Assembly (NCBI RefSeq): GCF_011386835.1
Contig: NC_088795.1
Coordinates: 52,576,001 to 52,640,000 of the forward strand
Source of the DNA: Chrysemys picta bellii
Taxonomy: Eukaryota
Length of the DNA: 64,000 bases
Reading direction: 5' to 3'
Below are positions 63,651 to 64,000 of the stretch, piece by piece; position 1 is the stretch's first letter; each line of letters starts with the position of its first letter. The translations under genes and the position numbers were made by a program. A model generated the notes under the pieces. That model was not told the origin of the DNA. It did no database searches and saw nothing but the letters and a program-made list of their open reading frames with translations.

Positions 63651-64000
63651 AATTAGTTTTCTAGCTAGTTAAGCCAACCACTGAACCTACTGCGAAGGCA
63701 GGGTACTTCCTTGTGTATATTTAAGCCACTGCAGAGGCTGAATCCACTACTAAAGCAACAAGCTTCTCTGAACATACAACAGGGAGGCCTTAAATGTATT
63801 ATTATACAGCATAAGTGCACACACGCAGTTTTGCTTGCTCTGCCTGACCACAGGCTCTCCAGTGGCAACGTAACAAAGCATGTGTCCAGGAACAAGCCAA
63901 CAGGGAGCACATCAGCCAGCGTGAGTGAAGTCAATATGTGCAAACAGAATTTCAAATGAAAATAATCATAACTGCAGCAGTTATTAATATTAAATACTGA

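Overview
Vertebrate genomic DNA, most likely turtle (inferred from the repeat families, not from a database match). It holds two convergent genes in the arrangement known from human. NOCT (nocturnin, NADP(H) phosphatase) is complete on + with three coding exons (24339-24585, 40972-41241, 42544-43379; 450 aa). ELF2 (ETS factor) is on -, with its last three coding exons present (58666-58474, 57998-57648, 56102-55475). The rest is a dense transposon record: 12 hAT elements with recognisable 8-bp TSDs, two PIF/Harbinger MITEs, two Tc1/mariner MITEs, solo LTRs (one nested inside another), and CR1, DIRS, Penelope-like, MIR-like and LF-SINE remnants. Best leads: (i) Penelope-associated minimal hammerhead ribozyme motifs, one with an intact canonical core locked in a fold-back in an ELF2 intron; (ii) an in-frame upstream ATG plus a phase-compatible donor that could give NOCT isoforms without the mitochondrial leader; (iii) clock-type motifs around NOCT, partly carried by transposons; (iv) an inverted pair of tRNA-related TG..CA elements in NOCT intron 1. 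All coordinates were read by eye. No new multi-gene system is supported.
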